Assembly (NCBI GenBank): GCA_902533075.1
Contig: CACAKN010000003.1
Location: forward strand, 11,731-75,730
Source of the DNA: an uncultured Pelagibacteraceae bacterium
GTDB taxonomy: Bacteria; Pseudomonadota; Alphaproteobacteria; Pelagibacterales; Pelagibacteraceae
Length of the DNA: 64,000 nt
Direction of reading: 5' to 3'
In this document: positions 52,124 through 62,673 of the stretch, piece after piece
How the letters are laid out: each line of letters opens with the position of its first letter
Numbering within the stretch: position 1 is the stretch's first letter
Program-made: the position numbers and the translations under genes
The notes under the pieces: generated by a model
What the model was told of the DNA's origin: nothing
Database searches by the model: none
Seen by the model: the letters and a program-made list of their open reading frames with translations, nothing else

Positions 52124-52773
52124 TATAAAACCCTACAAACAGTCATTCCATCGCCTAATGGAATAATGATTTGTTCTACTCTTCTATCTTCAGATATAAA
52201 CTTATTAAATTCTCTTATATTTATAGTAAATTTATCGTTATTTTTTTCATCAGCTACTTCACCATGCCATAAAACGTTATCAATAATGATCAAACCACCT
52301 TTATTTAATAGTTCTAAGGATTTTTCATAATATGCCTTATAGTTCATTTTATCAGCATCAATAAAAATCATATCAAATTTATTATTTTTTAATTGTTTTA
52401 AACTTTCAAGAGCAGGTTTGATTATTGTTTGAATTTTATGATCTTGATTTGCGTTTTTAAAAAAATCACATGCAATTTTGTTTGTTTCTTCATTTTTATC
52501 AAGAGCAATTAGTTTTCCATCATCAGGTAACGCGAGTGAAATTGTGAGAGCACTCAAACCTGTAAAAGTTCCAATCTCAAGAACATTTTTAATATTTGAA
52601 ACTTTTATAATTAAGTGAAGAAAATGACATTGAGTAAGATCAATCTGCATTCTTTTGATGTCACCTAATGTCCTATTATAATCAATTATATCTTTTTGAA
52701 CTGGATGAAGCCTTAATCCAAAATTATTTATATAATTTAGTAACTTTTCTGTAATATCAAGGTTTGCACCCAT
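52123..52773 (-). CDS. O-methyltransferase (CCoAOMT/COMT/TrmR-like)
   Basis: LEIGTFTG, FDMIFIDADK, DNVLWHG, GDG. Confidence 0.88.
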   Translation of the reverse strand: MGANLDITEKLLNYINNFGLRLHPVQKDIIDYNRTLGDIKRMQIDLTQCHFLHLIIKVSNIKNVLEIGTFTGLSALTISLALPDDGKLIALDKNEETNKIACDFFKNANQDHKIQTIIKPALESLKQLKNNKFDMIFIDADKMNYKAYYEKSLELLNKGGLIIIDNVLWHGEVADEKNNDKFTINIREFNKFISEDRRVEQIIIPLGDGMTVCRVL

Positions 52774-52774
52774 T

Positions 52775-54253
52775 TTACTGAAGTTTTTTTTTTAAAATCT
52801 CATTTATAAGTTGTGGATTAGCTTTGCCACCAGAGGCTTTCATAGCTTGACCAACAAAGAAACCAAATAATTTTTGCTTACCTTGCTTATATTCAATTGC
52901 TTTTTCTCTATTATCATTAATTATTTTATCTATTAAAGCCTCAATCGCTTTAGGATCACTTTGCTGTTTAAGTCCTTTTTCTTCAACTATTTTTTGAGGA
53001 TCTTTATCCCCATCCAACATTAGGTCAAATACAGTTTTTGCTATTTTTCCTGAAATTGTTCCATTCTTTATTAAGTTAACTAGTATAGCCAAATTCTTTG
53101 CACTTACTGGGCTTTGAGAAATTTCTAAATTTTTATCATTTAAAACTGCAAATAATTCACCTGTAATCCAGTTAACTGCTAATTTCATATCTTTGTTCTT
53201 ACCCATTTTAGCTACAACTTCTTCAAAATATTTTGCTGTATCAATATCTGAGACTAAGATTGTTGCCTCATATGGTGAAAGCTTAAATTCATCAATAAAC
53301 CTTTTCTTTTTATCATCTGGCAATTCTGGAATATTATTTTTAAGATCATTTATAAATTCATCAGAAACTTCTAAAGGTAATAAATCAGGATCTGGAAAAT
53401 ATCTATAGTCATGCGCATCTTCTTTTGATCTCATTGATCTTGTTTCATTTTTTTTTGTGTCAAATAATCTTGTCTCTTGATCAATTGATTTACCTTCTTC
53501 GATTAAATCAACCTGTCTATTTGCTTCATATTCAATGGCCATTTGCATAAATTTGATTGAATTTACATTTTTAATCTCACATCTAGTTCCAAATTCTTTT
53601 GAACCTTTTGCTCTTACAGAAACATTTACATCCGCTCTTAATGACCCTTCTTGCATATTGCCATCACACGTACCTAAATATCTCATTATTGATCTTAATT
53701 TTTTAATATATGCACTTACTTCATCGGGAGATCTAAGGTCTGGTTTGCTTACAATTTCCATTAAAGCCACACCTGATCTATTTAGATCTACGAAGGTATT
53801 TTGAGGATCAAGATCATGAATACTTTTTCCTGCATCTTGTTCTAAATGTAATCTTTCAATACCAACTTCTTTTTGTCCATCAGGCATATCTAAAATGATT
53901 TTACCTTCACCTACTATAGGATCTTTAAATTGAGATATCTGATATCCTTGAGGTAAATCTGCATAAAAATAATTTTTTCTATCAAATACAGAACGTTTAT
54001 TAATTTTTGCATTAAGGCCAATACCGGTTTTAATAGCTTGTTTTACACAAAATTCATTTATTACAGGTAGCATTCCTGGGAATGCTGCATCAACTAAACT
54101 TACCTGAGTATTTGGTTCGGCTCCAAATTTAGTCGCAGAGGTAGAAAATAATTTTGACTCTGACAATACTTGAGCATGAACCTCTAAACCAATAACTACC
54201 TCGTATTGATTATCTTTTCGATTGATTAAATATTCAGAATTTTTTTTGCTCAC
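52775..54253 (-). CDS. gatB: Asp/Glu-tRNA amidotransferase subunit B
   Basis: [23 protein letters not shown]. Confidence 0.97.
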   Translation of the reverse strand: MSKKNSEYLINRKDNQYEVVIGLEVHAQVLSESKLFSTSATKFGAEPNTQVSLVDAAFPGMLPVINEFCVKQAIKTGIGLNAKINKRSVFDRKNYFYADLPQGYQISQFKDPIVGEGKIILDMPDGQKEVGIERLHLEQDAGKSIHDLDPQNTFVDLNRSGVALMEIVSKPDLRSPDEVSAYIKKLRSIMRYLGTCDGNMQEGSLRADVNVSVRAKGSKEFGTRCEIKNVNSIKFMQMAIEYEANRQVDLIEEGKSIDQETRLFDTKKNETRSMRSKEDAHDYRYFPDPDLLPLEVSDEFINDLKNNIPELPDDKKKRFIDEFKLSPYEATILVSDIDTAKYFEEVVAKMGKNKDMKLAVNWITGELFAVLNDKNLEISQSPVSAKNLAILVNLIKNGTISGKIAKTVFDLMLDGDKDPQKIVEEKGLKQQSDPKAIEALIDKIINDNREKAIEYKQGKQKLFGFFVGQAMKASGGKANPQLINEILKKKLQ

Positions 54254-55707
54254 TTAATCCACCAATCTGTAATTTTGTTTTTAAAATTAATCTTTTCTTC
54301 CATTGCAAATGCAATATTCAATATATTTTGTTCATCAAAAGCTTTACCAATAATTTGTAAACCTAAAGGATAGCCTTTAGAGTCATGTCCTGCAGGAATT
54401 GATATGCCTGGCAATCCTGCTAAATTTACTGGAACTGTAAATATATCATTAAGATACATTGAAACTGGATCATTTGTTTTTTCACCTATTCTAAATGCTG
54501 AACTTGGTGTTGATGGGGTTAAAATTGCATCAACCTTTTTATATGCTTCATCGAAATCATTTTTAATTAACTTTCTTACTTTTTGAGCTTTTAGATAGTA
54601 AGCATCATAATAACCAGACGATAAAACATAAGTTCCTATCATAATTCTTCTTTGAACTTCAGTGCCAAAACCTTCAGATCTTGTCTTTTCATACATATCA
54701 ATTAGATTTTCACCTTTAGCTCTAAATCCATACTTAACACCATCATATCTTGCTAGGTTTGAAGATGCTTCTGCAGGAGCAACAATATAATAAGTAGGCA
54801 AAGCATAAGTTGTATGTGGAAGAGAAATATCAATTGTTTCTGCGCCACAATCTTTGACAAACTGAATTCCTTTTAGCCAAAGATCTTCAATTTCTTTTGG
54901 CATTCCATCAACTCTATATTCTTTAGGTATTCCAATTTTTTTTCCTTTTATATTGTTGGAAAGTTCTTTGCTGTATTGATTTCTCTTAAAATCTATTGAA
55001 GTAGAGTCTTTTGGATCGTAAGTACTAATTACCTCCTGTAGTAAAGCACAATCTTTAACATTTTGTGCCATAGGCCCTGCTTGATCTAATGATGATGCGA
55101 AAGCAACAATACCATAACGTGAACAACTTCCGTATGTAGGTTTTAAACCCACAGTTCCTGTAAATGAAGCTGGTTGTCTGATTGATCCACCTGTATCTGT
55201 GCCAATTGTAATAGGTGTTAGTTGTCCAGCAACAGCTGATGCAGATCCACCAGATGACCCACCTGGTACTAAATTTTTATCTATGGGGTTTTGTACATTG
55301 CCAAAGAAACTAGTTTCATTTGATGAGCCCATTGCAAATTCATCACAGTTTAACTTTCCAAGTAATATCGCACCTTCATTCCAGATGTTTTCAGTTACTG
55401 TTGACTCATATGTTGGTACAAAATTATTCAAAATTTTACTACCAGCAGTTGTTTTAATATCTCTAGTGCAAAATAAATCTTTCACTGCCATCGGTATGCC
55501 GGATAATTTTAAATCAAAATTAGGTTTTTGATCAAACTTTTTTGCTTTATTTAGTGCTGATGTAAAATCCTCAGTAATGTATGCGTTCAATTTTTTCGAT
55601 TTTTCAGATCTATCTATGAATGCTTTAGTTACTTCTGTTGAAGATAGTTTTTTATTTTTAATATTTTCAATTAATTCTGTTAAAGATTGTTTTGTTATAT
55701 CTGACAT
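54250..55707 (-). CDS. gatA: Asp/Glu-tRNA amidotransferase subunit A
   Basis: [18 protein letters not shown]. Confidence 0.97.
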   Translation of the reverse strand: MSDITKQSLTELIENIKNKKLSSTEVTKAFIDRSEKSKKLNAYITEDFTSALNKAKKFDQKPNFDLKLSGIPMAVKDLFCTRDIKTTAGSKILNNFVPTYESTVTENIWNEGAILLGKLNCDEFAMGSSNETSFFGNVQNPIDKNLVPGGSSGGSASAVAGQLTPITIGTDTGGSIRQPASFTGTVGLKPTYGSCSRYGIVAFASSLDQAGPMAQNVKDCALLQEVISTYDPKDSTSIDFKRNQYSKELSNNIKGKKIGIPKEYRVDGMPKEIEDLWLKGIQFVKDCGAETIDISLPHTTYALPTYYIVAPAEASSNLARYDGVKYGFRAKGENLIDMYEKTRSEGFGTEVQRRIMIGTYVLSSGYYDAYYLKAQKVRKLIKNDFDEAYKKVDAILTPSTPSSAFRIGEKTNDPVSMYLNDIFTVPVNLAGLPGISIPAGHDSKGYPLGLQIIGKAFDEQNILNIAFAMEEKINFKNKITDWWIK

Positions 55708-55994
55708 TATTCTATCACCTTTGGTACAACAAAATAATCTTTATTATCTTGAGGAGAATTTTTAACTATTTGTTCTCTAATATTTTTACTTTTAACCTCA
55801 TCAGGTCTTAGTTTTAATGTTGTTTCAGCAACAGAAGTTAAAGGTTCAACTTTATCTGTTTTTAGTTCATTGAGTTTTTCAATAAAATCAAAAATTGAAT
55901 TTAAATCACCAGCTAATTTTTCAGCTCTTTTTTCATCAACTGAAATTCTTGATAATTTAGATATATGTTTTATTGTTTTAAGATCTATACTCAT
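55707..55994 (-). CDS. gatC: Asp/Glu-tRNA amidotransferase subunit C
   Basis: HISKLSRI...YFVVPKVIE. Confidence 0.94.
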   Translation of the reverse strand: MSIDLKTIKHISKLSRISVDEKRAEKLAGDLNSIFDFIEKLNELKTDKVEPLTSVAETTLKLRPDEVKSKNIREQIVKNSPQDNKDYFVVPKVIE

Positions 55995-56044
55995 ATGCTA
56001 TTTAAATATGACGCAAACTATCATTTAAGTTTAAAATATACAAT

Positions 56045-56500
56045 ATGATCGCTTTAGAAGAATTTAAAAAAAAACACTCGGATAAGTGTAGATTGATAGG
56101 TTTGGACCTTGGTTCTAAAAGAATCGGTGTGTCTATTTGTGATGAAAAACAATTAATTGCTACTCCTCTCAAAACAATAAATAGAAATACTCTAAATGAA
56201 TTAATTGCCGAGCTTAGGGTGATTATTGATGAAAATAATATCAGGGGAATCGTAATTGGAAATCCTCTGAATATGGATGGTTCATCAGGTAGATCTGCAC
56301 AATCAGTAAAAGACATCTCTCAAAAAATTGAGGAAAATATCAATATTCCTATTTGCCTATGGGATGAAAGGCTATCGACAGTTGGTGCTTTCAACTTATC
56401 TAGTCAATTAGATATCAATGTAAGTAAAAGAGAAAAGAAAATTGATGAAAATGCAGCTGCTTTCATATTACAGGGAGCAATAGATTTTTTAAACAATTAA
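56045..56500 (+). CDS. ruvX: YqgF/RuvX pre-16S rRNA nuclease
   Basis: GLDLGSKRIGVS, WDERLST, IDENAAAFILQ. Confidence 0.93.
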   Translation: MIALEEFKKKHSDKCRLIGLDLGSKRIGVSICDEKQLIATPLKTINRNTLNELIAELRVIIDENNIRGIVIGNPLNMDGSSGRSAQSVKDISQKIEENINIPICLWDERLSTVGAFNLSSQLDINVSKREKKIDENAAAFILQGAIDFLNN

Positions 56501-56533
56501 TACTTGCTATTATAGAGATTTATAGTTATAGAG

Positions 56534-57484
56534 TTGGTTTTAATGGCAACTAATACAAATAAAGCTATTAAAATTTCCCAAAAACACTTGTTAGGTATCC
56601 AAGATTTATCAATCGATGATGTAAATTTTATACTTGATGAAGCAAAAGCATTTATAAAAGTAAATCAAAGTAAAAATAAAAAAATAGATGTTCTAAGAGG
56701 AAAAACTCAAATTAATTTATTTTTTGAACCTTCTACAAGAACACAAAGCTCATTTGAATTAGCTGGTAAAAGACTTGGTGCAGACGTTATGTCTATGAAT
56801 ATTAGTAACTCTGCAATTAAAAAAGGTGAAACATTAATTGATACAGCGATGACTTTAAATGCAATGCATCCAGATATTATTGTAGTCAGACATCAAGACT
56901 CTGGAGCATGTAACTTACTTTCACAAAAAGTAAATTGTGCTGTGTTAAATGCTGGTGATGGAAGAAGAGAACACCCTACTCAAGCTCTTTTAGATGCTTT
57001 AACGATAATAACTCGTAAAAATAAAATTGAAGGTTTAAAAATTGCAATATGTGGAGACATACTACACTCGAGAGTAGCAAGGTCAAATATTTATCTACTT
57101 AATATGTTAGGAGCTGAAGTTAATATAATAGCTCCAACGAATCTTATTCCAAAAGAAATTGAAAAATTTGGTGTTAATACTTTTACTGATATGAAAAAAG
57201 GTTTGAAAAATTGTGATATTGTCATGATGTTAAGATTACAAAATGAAAGAATGACAAGTTCATATCTTTCATCAAATAGAGAGTATTATGAATATTATGG
57301 ATTAACTCCTGATAAATTAGAGCATGCTAAATCTGATGCTTTAATTATGCATCCTGGTCCGATGAATAGAGGAATAGAAATAGATACAATATTAGCCGAT
57401 GATATTAATAAAAGTGTAATTAAAGAACAGGTTGAACTTGGTGTAGCAGTAAGAATGGCTTGTTTAAAGATATTTTGTACATAA
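56534..57484 (+). CDS. pyrB: Aspartate carbamoyltransferase catalytic subunit (start probably ATG 56543)
   Basis: [20 protein letters not shown]. Confidence 0.96.
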   Translation: MVLMATNTNKAIKISQKHLLGIQDLSIDDVNFILDEAKAFIKVNQSKNKKIDVLRGKTQINLFFEPSTRTQSSFELAGKRLGADVMSMNISNSAIKKGETLIDTAMTLNAMHPDIIVVRHQDSGACNLLSQKVNCAVLNAGDGRREHPTQALLDALTIITRKNKIEGLKIAICGDILHSRVARSNIYLLNMLGAEVNIIAPTNLIPKEIEKFGVNTFTDMKKGLKNCDIVMMLRLQNERMTSSYLSSNREYYEYYGLTPDKLEHAKSDALIMHPGPMNRGIEIDTILADDINKSVIKEQVELGVAVRMACLKIFCT

Positions 57485-58771
57485 ATGAAAAAACAATATT
57501 TTATAAATGCGAACATAATTGATCCTCGCAATTCAATTAATGAGCTTGGAGGATTGATTATTAATGAAGATGGTAAAATTGAAGCTATAGGAAAAAAAGT
57601 TAATACAAATAATTTACCAAGCAGAGAAAAACCAGTTGATTTAAAAGGAAAATATGTTTTCCCAGGATTAGTAGATATGAGAGTTTTTGTTGGAGAGCCA
57701 GGATATGAATATAAAGAAAATTTTAGAACCTTAAGTAATGCAGCATTATCTGGTGGGGTCACTTCGGTAGTTACAATGCCAAACACAGATCCAATAATTG
57801 ACAATGTGTCTATAGTTGATTTTTTAAAAAGAAGAGGAAGAGATAAATCAAAAATAAATATTTTCCCATGTGCCTCTCTTACAAAAAATATTGAAGGCAC
57901 AAACATGACTGAATTTGGCCTTTTGCAAAATAAAGGAATAATTGCATTCACAGATGGAATAAAAACAATTCAAAATCCACGATTAATGTCTAGAATCATG
58001 AACTCCGCCAAAGATTTAGGTTGTCTAATAATGCAACATGCTGAGGACTACGAACTTGCGAAAAATGGTATGATAAATTCTGGAATTATTGCCTCTAAAT
58101 TGGGATTGTCAGGTATTCCTGAAATTGCAGAAAGAATTTTGATTGAGAGGGATTTAACATTATTAGAAAAAGTAAAATGTAGATATCATATATCTCAATT
58201 ATCATCACAAAAGTCAGTTGATGTTCTAAAACAAAGAAAAGAAATTGTTAAATTCACTTCAGGAGTTTCAATAAATAACTTATCATTAAATGAAAATGAT
58301 ATTGGAGATTTCAGAACTTTTTTAAAGTTGTCTCCTCCATTAAGAAGAGAAGAAGATAGATTGGCTTTGGTTCAAGGACTAAAAGATGATTTGATAGATG
58401 TAATTGTTTCAGATCACAAACCTGAAGACGAAGAGTCAAAGAGATTGACATTTGCTCAAGCAGCTACTGGTGCTTCGGGTATAGAAACGCTATTATCCTT
58501 AAGTTTAGAATTATTTCATAACGGTTCTCTCAAACTTGAGACCATTATTAAAGCTCTTACATCTAATCCAGCAAAAATACTTAAAATAAATAAAGGCAAT
58601 CTTTCTATAGGAAATGATGCTGACTTATGCATTGTAGATATTAATAAACCATGGATTGTAAAAAAAGATAAATTAGTCTCAAAATCAAAAAATACATCAA
58701 TAGAAGATAAAAAACTTCAAGGAAAAGTTACTAATACATTTGTAAACGGCAAAGAATTATTTAAGCTATAG
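57485..58771 (+). CDS. pyrC: Dihydroorotase-like protein, probably non-catalytic PyrC'
   Basis: DHOase fold, but DMRVF replaces the metal-binding DxHxH. Confidence 0.85.
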   Translation: MKKQYFINANIIDPRNSINELGGLIINEDGKIEAIGKKVNTNNLPSREKPVDLKGKYVFPGLVDMRVFVGEPGYEYKENFRTLSNAALSGGVTSVVTMPNTDPIIDNVSIVDFLKRRGRDKSKINIFPCASLTKNIEGTNMTEFGLLQNKGIIAFTDGIKTIQNPRLMSRIMNSAKDLGCLIMQHAEDYELAKNGMINSGIIASKLGLSGIPEIAERILIERDLTLLEKVKCRYHISQLSSQKSVDVLKQRKEIVKFTSGVSINNLSLNENDIGDFRTFLKLSPPLRREEDRLALVQGLKDDLIDVIVSDHKPEDEESKRLTFAQAATGASGIETLLSLSLELFHNGSLKLETIIKALTSNPAKILKINKGNLSIGNDADLCIVDINKPWIVKKDKLVSKSKNTSIEDKKLQGKVTNTFVNGKELFKL

Positions 58772-58772
58772 A

Positions 58773-59351
58773 ATGGATGTTTTTTTAATAGGTATAGGCT
58801 CTTACCTTATGGGATCAATACCATTTGGATTTATACTATCAAAAATATTTTTAAAAAAAGATATAAGAGAAATTGGCTCGGGTAACATTGGGGCAACCAA
58901 TGCTCTTAGAACTGGTAATAAATTTATTGGTTATTCAACTTTAACCCTAGATATTTTAAAAGCAGTAGTTCCAGTAATTTATGTAAAAATTTTTTATCAA
59001 GATTTTTTACATATTGCTTCGTTGTGTGCTTTCTTAGGTCATGTGTTTCCAATTTGGCTTAATTTTAAAGGTGGCAAAGGTGTTGCTACATATCTTGGGA
59101 TTTTATTTGTTATTAATTTCCATTTAGGAATCGTATTTATTATATTTTGGTTTGTAACATTTTTTATTTCAAAATTTTCTTCTCTTTCATCATTGGTTGG
59201 AGCAGCATCTATACCTATATATTTATTAATTTTAACACAATTTAATCAGGTATTTTTTTTTACAATTATGTTTATATTGATATTTTTTACCCATAGAGAA
59301 AATATTAAAAGATTGAAAAATAAAGAAGAAACTAAGACAAAAATTTATTAA
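58773..59351 (+). CDS. plsY: Glycerol-3-phosphate acyltransferase
   Basis: GSGNIGATN, FKGGKGVAT, HRENIKRL. Confidence 0.95.
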   Translation: MDVFLIGIGSYLMGSIPFGFILSKIFLKKDIREIGSGNIGATNALRTGNKFIGYSTLTLDILKAVVPVIYVKIFYQDFLHIASLCAFLGHVFPIWLNFKGGKGVATYLGILFVINFHLGIVFIIFWFVTFFISKFSSLSSLVGAASIPIYLLILTQFNQVFFFTIMFILIFFTHRENIKRLKNKEETKTKIY

Positions 59352-59387
59352 ATTGACTATCTAAGTGATTTGGGTAGTTTGTAGCCT

Positions 59388-61961
59388 ATGAATCTGGTCA
59401 TTGTAGAAAGTCCCGCTAAAGCTAAAACAATAAATAAATACTTGGGTGATGATTATAAAGTTTTAGCAAGTTATGGCCACATAAGAGACCTGCCTTCAAA
59501 AAATGGTTCTGTTGATCCAGATCAAGATTTTAAAATGGAATGGGAAGTCGACAGTTTTTCAAAAAAATATCTTAAAGAAATAACTGATGCAGCAAAAGAT
59601 TCATCTAAAATTATATTAGCTACAGACCCTGACCGTGAAGGTGAAGCCATTGCTTGGCATGTTAAAGAGTATCTAAATGAGAAAAAACTTTTAAAAGATA
59701 AAGAGATTGAAAGAGTTGTATTTAATGAGATAACTAAAAAAGCTGTCATACAAGGAATTGAAAACCCAAGACAAATTGAACGTCATCTAGTTGATGCTTA
59801 TATGGCTAGAAGGGCCTTGGACTACTTAGTCGGTTTTAATATTTCACCCATACTTTGGACTAAACTACCAGGCTCAAAATCTGCTGGAAGAGTACAGTCT
59901 GTTGCTTTAAAATTAATTACTGAAAGAGAACATGAAATTGAGTCATTTAAACCAGAAGAGTTTTGGACTTTAAGTATAGACTTTATAGATCAAAAAAAAC
60001 AAAAGATTACAGCAAGTATCATTCAATTAGATAATAATAAGATAGAAAAATTTTCATTCAGAAACAAAGATGAAATAAATAAAACTATATCAAATATAAA
60101 TACAAAAAAATTTAGTATTACAGATATTTCAAGTAAAATTGTAAATAGAAATCCATCCGGGCCATTCACTACATCTACACTTCAACAAACTGCCTCAAGT
60201 AGATTAGGTTTTGGTGCTTCCAGAACAATGCAGATTGCTCAAAAACTTTATCAAGGTATAGAAATAGAAGGCGAAACAATTGGCTTGATAACTTATATGA
60301 GAACTGATGGAACTAACTTATCCAAAGATGCTGTGTCAGCTTTTAGGGATTATATCCAAAAAGAAATTGGCAATGAATATTTACCGAAAGATGCTTTAAA
60401 TTACTCAGGTAAGAAAGCAAAAAATGCTCAAGAAGCTCATGAAGCTATAAGACCAACAGATATTATAAGAACTCCTCAAAGTGTTAAGAAATACTTAAGC
60501 CCAGATCAAATTAAACTTTATGACTTGATTTGGAGTAGAGCTTTATCTTCTCAAATGGAGTCTGCGAAATTTGACAGAAACACTATAACAATATCTTCTG
60601 ATAAAAATGATACGATTTGTAAAGCTAGCGGTTCTGTTCTCAAATTTGATGGATTTTTAAAAATTTATAAAAATCCTAGTAAAGATGATGATGAGAATAT
60701 TCTTCCACCTATGTCCAATGGTCTTGTAAATATTGAAGCTTTATTAGATGAACAACATTTTACTCAACCACCACCGAGATATTCTGAAGCAAGTTTAGTA
60801 AAAAAACTTGAAGAACTTGGTATTGGTAGACCGTCTACATACGCTAGTATTATTTCGACAATTGCGAATAGAGGTTATGCAGAAATATTAAATAAAAGGT
60901 TTTTTCCTACAGATAGAGGAAAATTAATTTCAGCCTTTCTAGAGAAATTATTTTCAAAATATGTAGATTACAATTTCACTGCTGGTTTAGAAAATCAGCT
61001 TGATGAAATTACTTCTGGAAAAGAGAGTTGGATAAAAGTTTTGGAATTATTTTGGAAAGATTTTAATAATAATGTGTCAGAAGTTAAAGAAAAAAGAACG
61101 AGAGAGGTATTAGATTTACTTAATGATAGTTTGGGTGCTTTAGTTTTTGATAAAGATGATGACGGTAATGTTGTTAGAAAGTGTCAATTATGCAACACTG
61201 GAACTTTAAGTCTAAAAAATAGTTTTAGAGGTGGAGCATTTATTGGTTGTTCTAACTATCCAGAGTGTAAATTTACAAGACCTTTATCCAAAGCAAAAGC
61301 TGCAGCTCAGTCTCAATTAGCAGAACCTAAATTTTTAGGAAAACATGAAAATGGCAATGATATCTATCTTAAAAACGGAAGATTTGGACCCTATCTTCAA
61401 TATGAAAAAATATTTGATGATATTGAAAAAGAAGAAATAAAAAAGAAAAAAAAGAAAAGTAAAAAGAAGTCAGATGTAAATGAACTTTTAAAAAATGTTT
61501 CTATTCCAAAAGGATTAGAGTTAGAAGATATAGATTTAGAAAAAGCACAATTTTTATGCTCATTACCAAAAACATTAGGAATTAATCCAGAAAATGAAAA
61601 AGTAATAACATTAAATACTGGGAGATTTGGTCCCTATTTAAAATGTGAAAATAAATCAGCAAGAATTGAAAATATCGAAGAACTTTTTTCAATTGGTTTA
61701 AATAGAGCGATAACATTAATAGCTGAAGCTAAACCTGGAAGAATATCATCATCAATAATTAAAGATTTAGGAGAACATCCTGAAGACAAAAAACCAGTTA
61801 GAATTATGAAAGGCCAATATGGTCCTTATATTAAGTACAAATCTTTAAATGCTACAATTCCTGAAGAAAAAGATCCAACTGAAATAACTATGGAAGATGC
61901 ATTAATATTGATTGAGAAAAGAAAAGAATACGATAAAACAAAAAAAAAGAAAAAAAAATGA
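59388..61961 (+). CDS. topA: DNA topoisomerase I
   Basis: VESPAKAKTI, DPDREGE, SAGRVQ, ITYMRTD. Confidence 0.97.
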   Translation: MNLVIVESPAKAKTINKYLGDDYKVLASYGHIRDLPSKNGSVDPDQDFKMEWEVDSFSKKYLKEITDAAKDSSKIILATDPDREGEAIAWHVKEYLNEKKLLKDKEIERVVFNEITKKAVIQGIENPRQIERHLVDAYMARRALDYLVGFNISPILWTKLPGSKSAGRVQSVALKLITEREHEIESFKPEEFWTLSIDFIDQKKQKITASIIQLDNNKIEKFSFRNKDEINKTISNINTKKFSITDISSKIVNRNPSGPFTTSTLQQTASSRLGFGASRTMQIAQKLYQGIEIEGETIGLITYMRTDGTNLSKDAVSAFRDYIQKEIGNEYLPKDALNYSGKKAKNAQEAHEAIRPTDIIRTPQSVKKYLSPDQIKLYDLIWSRALSSQMESAKFDRNTITISSDKNDTICKASGSVLKFDGFLKIYKNPSKDDDENILPPMSNGLVNIEALLDEQHFTQPPPRYSEASLVKKLEELGIGRPSTYASIISTIANRGYAEILNKRFFPTDRGKLISAFLEKLFSKYVDYNFTAGLENQLDEITSGKESWIKVLELFWKDFNNNVSEVKEKRTREVLDLLNDSLGALVFDKDDDGNVVRKCQLCNTGTLSLKNSFRGGAFIGCSNYPECKFTRPLSKAKAAAQSQLAEPKFLGKHENGNDIYLKNGRFGPYLQYEKIFDDIEKEEIKKKKKKSKKKSDVNELLKNVSIPKGLELEDIDLEKAQFLCSLPKTLGINPENEKVITLNTGRFGPYLKCENKSARIENIEELFSIGLNRAITLIAEAKPGRISSSIIKDLGEHPEDKKPVRIMKGQYGPYIKYKSLNATIPEEKDPTEITMEDALILIEKRKEYDKTKKKKKK

Positions 61962-62212
61962 TTTATCGATTTATAATAATCCTATTTATAATTTTTGGAA
62001 TAAACAGTAGTGTTTATTCAGATGAGAAAAATTGTGATGACTTAAAAAAGTTTTCTGTAAATTATGTTAAATGTAAAGCTAATTTAGTCAAAGAAAAAAC
62101 TATTTCTGCTGGTAAAAATTTTGTAGAAGAAACTAAAGAGTTTCAAAAAAAAGAATGGTCTGAAGAAAAAGAAAAAGTAGATAAAATAAAGAAAAAGGTT
62201 TTGGGTGAATAA
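61958..62212 (+). CDS. Hypothetical exported protein
   Basis: Signal peptide, two Cys; overlaps both neighbours. Confidence 0.6.
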   Translation: MIYRFIIILFIIFGINSSVYSDEKNCDDLKKFSVNYVKCKANLVKEKTISAGKNFVEETKEFQKKEWSEEKEKVDKIKKKVLGE

Positions 62213-62669
62213 GTTTGAAGAAAATATAAAAGATAATAATATAGTCTTACCTAAAGCAGCTAACCCTGTAGGTGCTTATGTTGCAACAAAGATAATAAAT
62301 AAATTTTTATTCATTTCAGGACAAATATCTATAGATGAAAATGGAGAACTAATTAAAGGAAAAGTTGGTAAAGATTTGAATACAGAAGATGGATATAAAG
62401 CTGCAAAAAGATGTGCCTTGAGTATTGTTTCACAAGTAAGAAAGGCATGTGATGGTGATTTATCAAAAGTAAAATCCTGTATTAAAATCACTGGTTTTGT
62501 AAATTCTACTGATGAATTCATTGATCAACCAAAGGTAATTAATGGTGCTTCAGATTTAATTTCTCTAATATTTGGTAATGCTGGATCTCACACTAGAGCC
62601 GCTGTAAGTACAAACAGTTTACCATTAGGTGTCTCTGTTGAAATTGATGCGATATTCGAATTAAATTAA
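62205..62669 (+). CDS. RidA/YjgF family protein (GTG start)
   Basis: FISGQ, NGASDL, HTRAAV, VEIDAI. Confidence 0.88.
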   Translation: MNKFEENIKDNNIVLPKAANPVGAYVATKIINKFLFISGQISIDENGELIKGKVGKDLNTEDGYKAAKRCALSIVSQVRKACDGDLSKVKSCIKITGFVNSTDEFIDQPKVINGASDLISLIFGNAGSHTRAAVSTNSLPLGVSVEIDAIFELN

Positions 62670-62673
62670 TTTT

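Noticed and set aside
57295-57951. 218-aa antisense ORF (and similar antisense ORFs over DMT, hom, plsX, hppA, gatAB, ugd)
   Set aside because: Shadow frames of well-conserved genes, with no motifs.
59352-59387. Remnant of dprA between plsY and topA
   Set aside because: The 36-bp gap is fully explained by a topA promoter; no pseudogene trace is visible.
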